Below, piece after piece: positions 19,208 through 28,587 of a stretch of DNA of 64,000 nt. Both the position numbers and the translations under genes were made by a program. The notes under the pieces were generated by a model, which worked only from the letters and a program-made list of their open reading frames with translations, searched no databases and was not told where the DNA came from. Numbering within the stretch: the first letter of the stretch is position 1; the number at the start of each line of letters is the position of its first letter. Location: IMG/VR virus record IMGVR_UViG_3300024239_000015, positions 124,001-188,000 of that record. One strand, given 5' to 3'.

Positions 19208-20482
19208 TCATTTTATTCTAACGTAATCGTACTGACCCGATACACTATCGTACACTGAACCAGCAGCCGGAATACTTATCACACCACCCCCGCTAGTCAC
19301 GGATGTGAGTGTTTGATTGGGTAGCGACATGGCTCCTCTCTTTCCCTGTATGAAAACATTGGCAGCACTTTTCACTCCGTACGGACGAATGGTTGTCATC
19401 TCCCACGTAATCAGATCCGCTGTTCTCCACACCTGAGCGAGTGGGTTAGTACTCGGATGCTCGTAAGCGTACCAGTACCCGTCCGCATAAAAGGAGGTAT
19501 ACAACGCAAAACCATTGGGTGATACCACATCAACACGCGACCAAGAAACACCGCTGTCGTTGCTGTAATAAAAACCAGAACGTAAACGTACTGGGTCGTA
19601 AAAAGGAACACAGAGTTTATGAGATGCTGGGCCCAAGAAAAAGAACCCGATGGTCGCGTTAGTTCCAAAAACAGCTGGAGCCGGACCATCCGTCGACACG
19701 TCCATCGATATCCCAGCAGACCAAGTCCCAGTCGCGCCGGTAGCGGAGCGATAGGCTCGAAAAATATAAGAGCCGTTCGACCACAACGCAACTACGTTTG
19801 TGCCGTCGTGTATCAAATCGATTAAATTTGGTTCTGTGGCTGTGTAGCTCGCGATTGTTGGGGCTCCGGTGGTTGAAATCAGTGCGATGTAAGCTGTGTC
19901 GCTAGATTTTGTGTTCGAGTGAGCGTACATTCGGGAAGAATCGCTCGTCGTGCGCACTGCCGTGCCGGCGGCAAAAGCGATCGCCGATCCTCCATTAGCG
20001 GTACTCCACGTTATCGCGTCGGTCGACGTGTGTATTCTCGACTCAGAATCAACAGCGAAATACCGAGAAATTCCTGGGACGTACGCATTCCCGATCACTC
20101 TCTGGTTTTGGGTGATCGTAGGACTAACAGTACAACGCACCCACGTCAACCCTCCGTCATCGGAATACCATGCCGCACAATCCGCGGCATTACTGCCGGT
20201 GTGGATTAAACTCAACCTGTTAGAAGGCCCCAGAGCATGAAATGCCGCAACGGTGTTCTTGGCGTCGCGTAATAAAACATTGAGTGGTATCCAAAGTTTA
20301 CCGGGCGTCCAGTAAGTTGTATCGTAGTAGTTCTGGTCTCTCTCGAGGAACCCTACTTGTAGGTAGACTCTACCACCAGTTTCGTAACGCACATCGGTGG
20401 TACCTCGATACATCCTTATCAACTCACCGACTTCAGCGCCAGCGGCGCTGCTGTTGGGAAAAAATTGACTAAAATCAGCCAT
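19208..20482 (-). CDS. Tail-associated beta-propeller (Asp-box) putative receptor-binding protein
   Basis: SDDGGLTW, STDAITW, SNDSGVSW Asp boxes; ends YDYVRIK versus VDYVRAK in 7040..8257. Confidence 0.65.
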   Translation of the reverse strand: MADFSQFFPNSSAAGAEVGELIRMYRGTTDVRYETGGRVYLQVGFLERDQNYYDTTYWTPGKLWIPLNVLLRDAKNTVAAFHALGPSNRLSLIHTGSNAADCAAWYSDDGGLTWVRCTVSPTITQNQRVIGNAYVPGISRYFAVDSESRIHTSTDAITWSTANGGSAIAFAAGTAVRTTSDSSRMYAHSNTKSSDTAYIALISTTGAPTIASYTATEPNLIDLIHDGTNVVALWSNGSYIFRAYRSATGATGTWSAGISMDVSTDGPAPAVFGTNATIGFFFLGPASHKLCVPFYDPVRLRSGFYYSNDSGVSWSRVDVVSPNGFALYTSFYADGYWYAYEHPSTNPLAQVWRTADLITWEMTTIRPYGVKSAANVFIQGKRGAMSLPNQTLTSVTSGGGVISIPAAGSVYDSVSGQYDYVRIK

Positions 20483-20494
20483 TTATAAAACTCC

Positions 20495-21919
20495 TCACAC
20501 ACCAGCTGTGGTGGTTGCAAACAGACGCCATTTATTCAGAGCCGTAGAGTAGATCAACCGACCCCCCACACGAGACTCATTCACGACTAACGTGCCATCT
20601 GTCATTATGTTTTTACCATTCCCATTGAACGTCATTGGGTTTGTTTCGAAATCAGTGTCGCTCGCGACCCATTCCACCGCTTCACCATCACTTGGATTAA
20701 ACGGCAAAAAGTAGGTACACGGACCTAACGCGTTGTCTGGATACAATTGAATTCCACTGGCAAGGTAAGAGTTATTCAGCGGCATGACCCATTTCCCACT
20801 CTCCTGCTCGAACGTGAATTCCATCAACGTGTTCACTACTACCCCAGCGTTTAATACCACCACGTTTCCGCTGGTTTGCGTGTAGTTAGCGACATTGACA
20901 GCTAAGCCGTCTTTCTTCACCGTCACAGTACCCGGTACGTACTTAAACCGATACTCTGTTTGACCAGCGGTAGCGACGATCCTCACGTACCGACTTTGAT
21001 GCCGTGTACTTGGGTTTAACAAGAACCACTGAGCACTACGATGTACCAACTGGTAACTACAACCCGCTTTGATATCACCTGGCGCTAAAGGACGTGTGTT
21101 GTCTTTATACACCGTCAGTGCAGATAACGCACCAATCTTTGCAGTGACTGGACCTGTGTTGGTGTATGTCGCTACGAAACTGATCAACAACCCTTCTGCG
21201 TAGTTAGTAAGGGTGTACGTCCCCGGTTGGTTGAGTTCCAACACGTTATCCGTCCCACCTGCAAACCCAGTACTCGCACCAGAGAGCTGGGCTTGGAACT
21301 GTCCTGTGAGCTCCGATTGTTTCACGTACTGTGCGTGGGCATCTGGGTCATTTCTGTGCACCAGTATAGCCTGCGTAATCGCTGCGCTGTTGCTCGTGAT
21401 GTTCTGCGCGATCTCACGTATCGCGTCTACGACTTCATTCATCCCCACTAAGTCACTGGAGTGGTGAGTGTGGAGCAATGGGTCATACACGTACGGTTTG
21501 GCCGCTACGCTTTCCCACGTGGTGGTACGGGGGTCTACTAACACATTCGCTAACGTGTTGAGTAACTCGATTTCGTTTAAGGTGTAAGGACCACCTAGCG
21601 TTTGGTACGTGAGTTCTAATCGACCTGTGAACGCCGTGTTCGTTAACAGTAAACTACCATACACCGGCTTAAACGGTTCGGTGTTACTCTGTGCTTCGAA
21701 CGCATGTGTGAGCACAAAGTCGATATTCTTCGTTAAGTACAGTCCGCTTGTGACGTCTTTGACTAAAACGCTCTCTCCAAAGTAAGGAGCGCAGCGTGGG
21801 ATAATAAAATTGTACACACGGCCAGGATCGGCAGTGATCTCATGCACTTCCCTCTCGATTTTATTCGAGACGGCCTCTCCTCCCGGATCAAGGGGAAAGG
21901 TATAGCTCAGTTGTAACAT
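20495..21919 (-). CDS. Baseplate/tail-fibre adaptor, gp131-like paralogue with extended C-terminus
   Basis: FPLDPGGEAVSNKIERE, PLLHTHHSSDLVGMNEV; C-terminal module similar to the one in the long fibre. Confidence 0.7.
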   Translation of the reverse strand: MLQLSYTFPLDPGGEAVSNKIEREVHEITADPGRVYNFIIPRCAPYFGESVLVKDVTSGLYLTKNIDFVLTHAFEAQSNTEPFKPVYGSLLLTNTAFTGRLELTYQTLGGPYTLNEIELLNTLANVLVDPRTTTWESVAAKPYVYDPLLHTHHSSDLVGMNEVVDAIREIAQNITSNSAAITQAILVHRNDPDAHAQYVKQSELTGQFQAQLSGASTGFAGGTDNVLELNQPGTYTLTNYAEGLLISFVATYTNTGPVTAKIGALSALTVYKDNTRPLAPGDIKAGCSYQLVHRSAQWFLLNPSTRHQSRYVRIVATAGQTEYRFKYVPGTVTVKKDGLAVNVANYTQTSGNVVVLNAGVVVNTLMEFTFEQESGKWVMPLNNSYLASGIQLYPDNALGPCTYFLPFNPSDGEAVEWVASDTDFETNPMTFNGNGKNIMTDGTLVVNESRVGGRLIYSTALNKWRLFATTTAGV

Positions 21920-21991
21920 ATGAATGATCTCTCTTCGATGTACCGTGGGTTAACATAGAATTACCTCGGTCTTTACCATGGAGTAGCCCCA

Positions 21992-23227
21992 GTGTATAGC
22001 TATATTACCGCCTTTGTACAGACGTCCGTTTACGACGGACAGTACCGTCAGACCGACATCCAACACCTGCAATTGAACCAAATCTTTTTCAGGTATCCAC
22101 GGGGGTACGTCCTCTTAAACAATGACGTCTTCAGTCGTGAGGAGACCTTAAACCTGTACGACTTACCAGAAATCTGGAGAACCTCAGAGTACACACTCAA
22201 CCAGTTCTTAGTCCAGAATGGAAACTTGGTGTTACCGACCACCACCAACCCTTTGACGTTTACGTGGCATAGAGCGCAGTACTACAACGTCCACTACGCT
22301 ACGTTTAAACAAACGCCAGTGAACCGAGCGTTTCATATCGACTACGAACTCTCGTATGACCAACAGATTGACGTGTTACTCACGAAACCTTCCGTGGATT
22401 ACTTTGCTATCCAGCAAAACTGTTTATTCACCGCAGGAGGTTTACTGCACTTTACAGAAGGAGCAGTGCATGGTCTTACAGTCTACGATGCAGCAAGAAC
22501 CTTACGCAAGAAGAATGATAACCAAATGGGGATCATTGACTTCCAACGGGTGTCTACGCTCTCGTGTGTGAACCTGACTCGACACGACGTCTACAAACAA
22601 AAAGACACACAGCCTTTGTCTGACGTGCTGTACGTGAGTTTACCGGAACCGATCAACGGACGAAAAGTCCTCCTTTCTATAGGAGGGTTTTTAGTCGTAC
22701 CCGATCAACACAACTTTCTGGTAGGGGACCAGACCTACAAGATTGACTTCAAACGGTTTAACTGGCTAGAGCGATTCTTTATCCTCCAACGGTTAACGGA
22801 CATGGACTGGGAAATAGAACACTTAGGGGAGTACGCATCGAAAGAGCAAGTCTTTGCCGATGAAACTATCCGTAAACTGTTTGACTTGTCTCAGACGTTT
22901 GTGATCTACTTAGACCTGGAAGAAGAACTCTTCATTACCAGACACCCCGTGGAGCAGTCGAAGTTACCTGGACTTTACTACAGCTACGAGAAAATCGGTT
23001 TACCATTACTTGGTAGTGAAGGCAGACTCATCGATTACAAACACAGTAAGTTCGCTGGCGTGTGGAGTTTGCAAACCAACGACTACATGGATCGTACCAA
23101 CATTTTCCATTCTACGGATTGGGTAGAAACTCCAGAAGTCGTAGGAGAGTTTCCAGATCCAAACAAACCTGCGAAATACGCTGGTGCGCATTTCTTGGTG
23201 TTCTCTAAGTCCTCAACGGAGACCTAA
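21992..23227 (+). CDS. Conserved phiKZ-like virion structural protein
   Basis: 411-aa ORF divergent from the fibre cluster; assignment from recalled jumbo-phage synteny. Confidence 0.55.
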   Translation: MYSYITAFVQTSVYDGQYRQTDIQHLQLNQIFFRYPRGYVLLNNDVFSREETLNLYDLPEIWRTSEYTLNQFLVQNGNLVLPTTTNPLTFTWHRAQYYNVHYATFKQTPVNRAFHIDYELSYDQQIDVLLTKPSVDYFAIQQNCLFTAGGLLHFTEGAVHGLTVYDAARTLRKKNDNQMGIIDFQRVSTLSCVNLTRHDVYKQKDTQPLSDVLYVSLPEPINGRKVLLSIGGFLVVPDQHNFLVGDQTYKIDFKRFNWLERFFILQRLTDMDWEIEHLGEYASKEQVFADETIRKLFDLSQTFVIYLDLEEELFITRHPVEQSKLPGLYYSYEKIGLPLLGSEGRLIDYKHSKFAGVWSLQTNDYMDRTNIFHSTDWVETPEVVGEFPDPNKPAKYAGAHFLVFSKSSTET

Positions 23228-23231
23228 CTCT

Positions 23232-23822
23232 ATGTTTAATTTATTTAGTATACCGATCTCACCCGAAGGATGGAAAACCATCCGACAGGTGGTGTTGTTT
23301 GTTCTGTGTGTGGTGTTCCTTGTAGGGGGTGGGTATTACCTCGGGAAGAAAGCAGAACAAACCGCACAGGCGGAACGTAAAGTCGTAGCTCTGGAAAAGT
23401 ATCAAAAAGATACGGAAACCCTCCGTGAGCAGCGAGATGAGTTACAAAAAAAGTACGCGAACAAAACTGAAACCGTACGTATTGAATACAGAGAGGTAAT
23501 TAAGTATGTGGACAAAACTGAAACTGAGCTTGTGGATCAGCTTCGCAATGATAAACTTAGGTTGTCAGTCCGCCTCCGTGACGCAGAGGCCAGTGCCGCC
23601 ACCGCTAATCTTGCAGCCTCCGCCATCGGAACTCATGCAGAACGTCGAGCCGAACTTCACGAAGAGACTGCTACAGCTCTTATCCGTCTCACCAGCGACG
23701 CTGATAGAACCGCAGTCACCCTTGGTTCCTGCCAACGATACATCCAACTCCAGTACGACCAAGTAAACGAGTATAACTCAAAGAACGCTGAGTTTTACAA
23801 AGAAAACGGGTATACCTTTTAA
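23232..23822 (+). CDS. Inner-membrane spanin (Rz-like)
   Basis: Single N-terminal TM (VVLFVLCVVFLVGGGYYLG), periplasmic coiled coil, Rz-type LRNDKLRLSVRL; contains a nested lipoprotein gene. Confidence 0.8.
   Translation: MFNLFSIPISPEGWKTIRQVVLFVLCVVFLVGGGYYLGKKAEQTAQAERKVVALEKYQKDTETLREQRDELQKKYANKTETVRIEYREVIKYVDKTETELVDQLRNDKLRLSVRLRDAEASAATANLAASAIGTHAERRAELHEETATALIRLTSDADRTAVTLGSCQRYIQLQYDQVNEYNSKNAEFYKENGYTF
23506..23766 (+). CDS. Outer-membrane spanin lipoprotein (Rz1-like), nested in the +1 frame
   Basis: Signal peptide with lipobox-like INLG-C, then Pro-rich RPVPPPLILQPPPSELM; lies wholly within the i-spanin gene. Confidence 0.8.
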   Translation: MWTKLKLSLWISFAMINLGCQSASVTQRPVPPPLILQPPPSELMQNVEPNFTKRLLQLLSVSPATLIEPQSPLVPANDTSNSSTTK

Positions 23823-23846
23823 AGCAAAAAAGAAATGAAGCAACAT

Positions 23847-23877
23847 ATAGAGGAGTCCCGTTGTGGGACTCCTCTAT
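23847..23877. terminator. Bidirectional terminator
   Basis: atagaggagtccc/gggactcctctat stem between convergent genes. Confidence 0.85.
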
Positions 23878-23887
23878 GCGGGTTAGT

Positions 23888-24619
23888 TTACGCGCCTACG
23901 CTTTGGTCTACCTTGGATAAGATAAAGTCAAATTCGTAGTCTGCTAACTTCAGGTTGATGCGGTTTCCTTCAGCGCCTAAAGTCGACAGGTCTGAGTTTT
24001 GTATCAGACTGACTAGACGGTACAACAACCAGAAACGTACAGCGCCAGTTTTTACGAAGTTTGGTACGTAGGTTAATACGTATTCAACGGCTGTCAGTAA
24101 ATCGTCTGGGTCTAAGTTACTGTTCGGTAACACGGACACAGTACGCTTCCTGTTCACAACCATCGACAATTCAAATCTGTCGCTGTTGGTAGGTTTGTCG
24201 GTGTACTTCGTTTTACCATCGGGAGCCAAACCAATCTCAATGGTGAAACCAGGGGCGATTTCATTTAAGTTCAGTCGGTTCCACTCGCTGTGGGCGTAGA
24301 AGTAACCGATGTCACTGAAATCCACAGCATCGGTAGCTAACGCTTTTAAGATTTCAAAGTGTTCAGCTATCCGCGTTTTGTAGAAGTCCAGTTGTGGTTC
24401 GTACCCGCCGATGTTTTTATACGGCACCAGTGCGTCAAACGCTTTTGGTAAGTCACGCATCAGTAAACCAAAGTCCGGATACTCCGTCTGGAAACTCAGT
24501 TGATGTGCCCAACCCGCTGGAGTGTGAATACCGACATCGCCCGTGTCCACATTAACGCTGGCTTGCCAGATGTAGTGAAATGTTGGTAAAAGTGCTTGTG
24601 TGGTTGTTGGTGTAGACAT
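23888..24619 (-). CDS. Hypothetical protein
   Basis: 243-aa ORF, AAGGAG RBS. Confidence 0.75.
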   Translation of the reverse strand: MSTPTTTQALLPTFHYIWQASVNVDTGDVGIHTPAGWAHQLSFQTEYPDFGLLMRDLPKAFDALVPYKNIGGYEPQLDFYKTRIAEHFEILKALATDAVDFSDIGYFYAHSEWNRLNLNEIAPGFTIEIGLAPDGKTKYTDKPTNSDRFELSMVVNRKRTVSVLPNSNLDPDDLLTAVEYVLTYVPNFVKTGAVRFWLLYRLVSLIQNSDLSTLGAEGNRINLKLADYEFDFILSKVDQSVGA

Positions 24620-24652
24620 TAAAGTCTCCTTTTGGTTGATTGCGTTGTTGTT

Positions 24653-25135
24653 TTAAACAGAAAACCCAAAGACCATACGGATCTGTCCGTATTCTTCGGT
24701 GAGCCGTTTTACTTCATCGACCAATGATACAATCGGGGTTTTCAGAACCCCCAAGTTATTCAGAGCATCGATGTTCCGATGGTACCACTGAATCAGCAGT
24801 TCACCATAGAGCCAACTGTGGGTGTGGTCACCAATGAACAACAGACCACTTTGAGTTCTTGTCTTACCCATAAACACAGTTTCAATAGGGTTAGTTAACT
24901 GTATATGGTCGCCGTTTACAAGTTGTAGGTCGTCGGGTAGTCCATTTATCCTCACCACAGAAGTGTCCACGCCGTGACTTTGCAGATAGGTTAAGTGGAC
25001 GGTTGGCGCGCCTACCAAGGCCGCAAACAAAACGTAGTTGCGGCCAAAGGTCCAGTTGTGTGATACATCCACCCACCGCGTTTGTTCGCCGACCTGTATT
25101 TTCTTCTGAAACGTACCGTGTATATCAGTACCCAT
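24653..25135 (-). CDS. Phage hypothetical protein (MG[T/C]DIH...RNY.LFAAL type)
   Basis: N-terminal MGTDIHG and GRNYVLFAALVG resemble a widespread uncharacterised phage family (recalled, not searched). Confidence 0.7.
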   Translation of the reverse strand: MGTDIHGTFQKKIQVGEQTRWVDVSHNWTFGRNYVLFAALVGAPTVHLTYLQSHGVDTSVVRINGLPDDLQLVNGDHIQLTNPIETVFMGKTRTQSGLLFIGDHTHSWLYGELLIQWYHRNIDALNNLGVLKTPIVSLVDEVKRLTEEYGQIRMVFGFSV

Positions 25136-25143
25136 TTAAAACC

Positions 25144-25650
25144 TCACTTATGGACGTACACGTCGTAATAGTCAAACTGAATCGCTGCTCTGTGGTACGG
25201 GTAGTCCGTATCAAAGTCGCGGTTTGTCATCAACCCATAAAACACACGAATGTATTCCCATCCTAAACTATCTGAGGGCATGAAGGTTTCCTGCAACCAT
25301 TTAAAGTCACCAGAAGTCACATTCGATAAATCGTTCGGGTTACACCCACGAATTTCTTCGATGCAGTCTGTACCTGCTGGGTTGTACGCATCGAAGTACA
25401 AATACATACCAGAGACGTTCAGGAAGAAGTACGCATGCTCGCCGTTGTCGCAGAAAGTTGGAGTTAACCCGTGAAGTGTTTTCAACACCGCCCCGACAGC
25501 AAATGCGGTCACACCACAATCGCCAGAGTTCATCTTTTCTAACAACACCGCTTCGTGTGGGTGGTTAGAATTAAACGGAATGTTCTTCCGGTGGACTAAC
25601 CCGTAATACTCACACCACCTTTCGAAAATGTGTGCGACTAAATGTCTCAT
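25144..25650 (-). CDS. Hypothetical protein with possible Cys-His-Asp triad
   Basis: NSGDCGVTAF, EHAYF, YFDAY; start at 25650. Confidence 0.65.
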   Translation of the reverse strand: MRHLVAHIFERWCEYYGLVHRKNIPFNSNHPHEAVLLEKMNSGDCGVTAFAVGAVLKTLHGLTPTFCDNGEHAYFFLNVSGMYLYFDAYNPAGTDCIEEIRGCNPNDLSNVTSGDFKWLQETFMPSDSLGWEYIRVFYGLMTNRDFDTDYPYHRAAIQFDYYDVYVHK

Positions 25651-26243
25651 TGTCCAGACTCCCATTTCACGGCTAATGAGTAATGTAACTCATGTAGCCC
25701 TTGTTTTAATAACAGTTGGTCGACGATAGGTTCAGAACCTATTTCAATTCTCTCCAAACGACTGAGTAACGCTTCCCAAATCATCCACTCTGGAAACCAA
25801 CCTAACACACCCGCGGTAATACTCTCATTCAGCGCACCTAAGTCTCGTGTGTAACGAACTTCAGACGTCGCTGACTTGAGTATCAACACAACCTGTAACT
25901 CAGAATCCCAATAATAAGGCTTTAAGTTACTTAGCTTGGTGTAGTACTCTTCGTTATTCCAAATGAGGCGATGCCCAGTCCGCTCTGTTTTAATCGGCTG
26001 TACCGCGTAGTCGATATCATCCAGCAGATTCTCAATCGCTGTCAACGTCTCACCGTCACTGTGGGTGATATCTTTTACTACACTACGTAGTTTCAGTAAC
26101 TCATTGCGACCAGCCACCGTTTTTGTGAACTGGAGCGAATCGAGTTCTTGACCAAAACCTACGTATGCTCGTACCGAATTGGGTATTTCCGGTAAACTGA
26201 CGTCAACTTTCCAACGTCTGGTGATTAAAGTGTTTTGTGACAT
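25647..26243 (-). CDS. Hypothetical protein
   Basis: 198-aa ORF, GGAGGGAG RBS. Confidence 0.75.
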   Translation of the reverse strand: MSQNTLITRRWKVDVSLPEIPNSVRAYVGFGQELDSLQFTKTVAGRNELLKLRSVVKDITHSDGETLTAIENLLDDIDYAVQPIKTERTGHRLIWNNEEYYTKLSNLKPYYWDSELQVVLILKSATSEVRYTRDLGALNESITAGVLGWFPEWMIWEALLSRLERIEIGSEPIVDQLLLKQGLHELHYSLAVKWESGQ

Positions 26244-26265
26244 ACTCCCTCCTTTGGGGCAAAAA

Positions 26266-26289
26266 GAAAAGGGACCGAAGTCCCTTTTC
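26266..26289 (-). terminator. Intrinsic terminator (UUCG loop on minus strand)
   Basis: gaaaagggac-cgaa-gtcccttttc. Confidence 0.85.
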
Positions 26290-26293
26290 CGTA

Positions 26294-27505
26294 TTACGCT
26301 TCTAACGCGTAGGTTTCATCACCGGCGGACTCCATAGGTTCGGAAGTCTCCACTGGCTCTGCTGTACCGCACGCCACTTTCAGTGAGTCAACCAACGCCG
26401 CGTCTAAATCGGTAGGACCGGAGTCTGTACCCACTTCAGGTTCTGGTTGGGTTTCAACCTCAGGCTTACGGCGTTTCTCACGTTTAGGTTTGGCGATAGG
26501 CTCAGCGCTGACTGGAACTACAGTGGTTTCTGGTGCTGTACTCACTGGGTCTTTGTTAAGCTCCGGGATAGCTGCTTTTAATGCATCAGCCATCACAGAG
26601 TTCACTGGAGCTTTCGGTGGGGTAGGTTTACGCGCAGGTTTCAGTTCTTCCTGTTTTACTTCCACTGGAGCTTTCTGTTTCTGTTTAGGAGGACGAGGAG
26701 ATTTTAGCCCGGCACGCGCACGTGCCCATGGGTCATTCGGGTCCAGAGTGACTTCCACCGGAGTCTCCTCTTTTACCGTAGAAGCGACGACAGCTTCTTC
26801 TGACACACGACCAGCAAACCGCACCGGTTCAGCAAACTCCACGACGAACTCAATTTCTAACCCCAATACGTTAATGCGTCGGGTGTTTTTCATCCGACCG
26901 TCTTGCCAGTGACGGAAGACTTCTAACGCTTGGATGGTCAGATACACACACAGCAACTCTAAACCGTGCTCACCCAACTCACGCTCACCTGCAATGTAAA
27001 TCGCTGCACTACGCACTAACGCATTACTGACCGCATCACCTGTACCGTGTAACACCACCGCACGCTTGTTACGCTGTCCTGAAAACACACGCGTTGTAAA
27101 CGTATACGGAATCGACGTTTCCGTGACTTCGACCCTCGCTTGTGCGTTGAAACTCACACCCCACACACCGCGGGTGTCTTCCCAACGTAGACCGAACTCT
27201 GTCGCTTTTAGTTTGTGTTCGGAGGCTAAGGCTTCCGTGGAAGTCATCAAAGACATCTGTCTGATCAAACGGTCGCATTCACTTTTAACCTCAGGGTCTC
27301 CTTGGAACAACTCCATGAATGCTTTCAGGTTCATCACACCGTCCCACCACGTGATAGGGTAGTGCTCTTTCATCAATGTGGTAACGTTCCCTAACTGAGG
27401 AACTACACAATGACCAATCACACCACCGTTGAACGTGGTGTTGATTCTGAATCCGTCGAACTGTGCGATGTCTTTGGTGGCTTTCTTTGTATTGGTATTT
27501 TCCAT
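26294..27505 (-). CDS. Hypothetical protein with disordered Pro/Lys/Glu-rich C-terminus
   Basis: 403-aa ORF. Confidence 0.8.
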   Translation of the reverse strand: MENTNTKKATKDIAQFDGFRINTTFNGGVIGHCVVPQLGNVTTLMKEHYPITWWDGVMNLKAFMELFQGDPEVKSECDRLIRQMSLMTSTEALASEHKLKATEFGLRWEDTRGVWGVSFNAQARVEVTETSIPYTFTTRVFSGQRNKRAVVLHGTGDAVSNALVRSAAIYIAGERELGEHGLELLCVYLTIQALEVFRHWQDGRMKNTRRINVLGLEIEFVVEFAEPVRFAGRVSEEAVVASTVKEETPVEVTLDPNDPWARARAGLKSPRPPKQKQKAPVEVKQEELKPARKPTPPKAPVNSVMADALKAAIPELNKDPVSTAPETTVVPVSAEPIAKPKREKRRKPEVETQPEPEVGTDSGPTDLDAALVDSLKVACGTAEPVETSEPMESAGDETYALEA

Positions 27506-27618
27506 GAGTGGGCTCTCTTTTGTTTAGAGTTTTTTAATAAACACCTTTAAGGGAGTGGGGTACCGAATCCTACTCCCTTGTCGTCAGGTGCTGTCGTTGT
27601 GTGCAGGTAGGTGTACAC

Positions 27619-27969
27619 CTACCAGCGGATTTCTTGTTGCGCACGTCTGCGCTCACGAGCGTAAAACGTCACTCCACGTACCAACACGCAGAGTAATAAA
27701 ACTAATGCTTGGAAACTCGAGTAAGGCAAAGCGACGATTACTGAAAATATCGCAACCCCTATCCCATTGGCTAACAAAGTTAAAATGAACACCCTTGCAA
27801 CCAAGTGGTTGGTTGCTCCCGGTTTATCAGGCAGTGCGATGTAGGCTATCCCTAAAACCACGAGTGGTGTTATCACACAAAACCACTCAATGGGATTAAA
27901 CCCTGAGTATTCGAGGTAGTACGACACCCACGCAGCAACCCACGTGAAGGCAGTTAGAAATAAACTCAT
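27619..27969 (-). CDS. Hypothetical multi-pass membrane protein
   Basis: 3-4 hydrophobic segments. Confidence 0.65.
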   Translation of the reverse strand: MSLFLTAFTWVAAWVSYYLEYSGFNPIEWFCVITPLVVLGIAYIALPDKPGATNHLVARVFILTLLANGIGVAIFSVIVALPYSSFQALVLLLCVLVRGVTFYARERRRAQQEIRW

Positions 27970-28127
27970 TTGTGTTTCTCCCTGAGTTGTTTTAAGAGCG
28001 CTAAATCGCGTTGCAGCGCAGCTAACTCTTTCTTTTTGAGAGTGGAATCCATTTGACTGGACTCCACCACGAATTTTCGATACGCGAGGTCTTGGGAGAT
28101 CCTCGCTGCTAAACTAGCGCTGTTCAT
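27966..28127 (-). CDS. Small hypothetical coiled-coil protein
   Basis: MNSASLAARISQDL..., overlaps both neighbours. Confidence 0.55.
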   Translation of the reverse strand: MNSASLAARISQDLAYRKFVVESSQMDSTLKKKELAALQRDLALLKQLREKHK

Positions 28128-28473
28128 TCTCAAACCTTTTGGGTATGAAACTAACCGCGTGAGTAACATAGGTAAGAACTTCTGACACAACAATAAACCC
28201 CACGATGTTTGTGAACCACGCCCAGGGAGTTTCTGCATATAAGAGAAATACAGAAGCGCACACAGCCGTATGCGAGCACGCCAACATCACCACCGTATCC
28301 TTCGACGTGATATAACGACCTAAACACCATCCTATCACCGTGTGGTGTCCTGCAAGCACCAATGCAACTAACGCCCAGCCTTGGAGTTCTGGGAACACCC
28401 ATTGCGCCATAGCAAATATCGCACTAAATACCACCACCATCCTGACGTGATCAAAATTTTTGTAATTTAACAT
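28114..28473 (-). CDS. Hypothetical multi-pass membrane protein
   Basis: Four hydrophobic segments; AGGAGG RBS before ATG 28473; first gene after the promoter-like motif. Confidence 0.7.
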   Translation of the reverse strand: MLNYKNFDHVRMVVVFSAIFAMAQWVFPELQGWALVALVLAGHHTVIGWCLGRYITSKDTVVMLACSHTAVCASVFLLYAETPWAWFTNIVGFIVVSEVLTYVTHAVSFIPKRFENEQR

Positions 28474-28519
28474 CTTTAAATCCTCCTGATTGACGCGATG
28501 TCTATCGCGCTTCACCGTG

Positions 28520-28545
28520 ATATTAAATACCTATAAAAAATTCGA
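28520..28545 (-). promoter_or_regulatory. 26-bp phage promoter-like motif
   Basis: atattaaatacctataaaaaattcga. Confidence 0.75.
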
Positions 28546-28555
28546 AACGGCATAA

Positions 28556-28575
28556 AGGGAGCTACGTAGCTCCCT
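28556..28575 (-). terminator. Intrinsic terminator/hairpin
   Basis: agggagcta/tagctccct followed by TATGCCG on the minus strand. Confidence 0.7.
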
Positions 28576-28587
28576 GTGCTATGTTTT

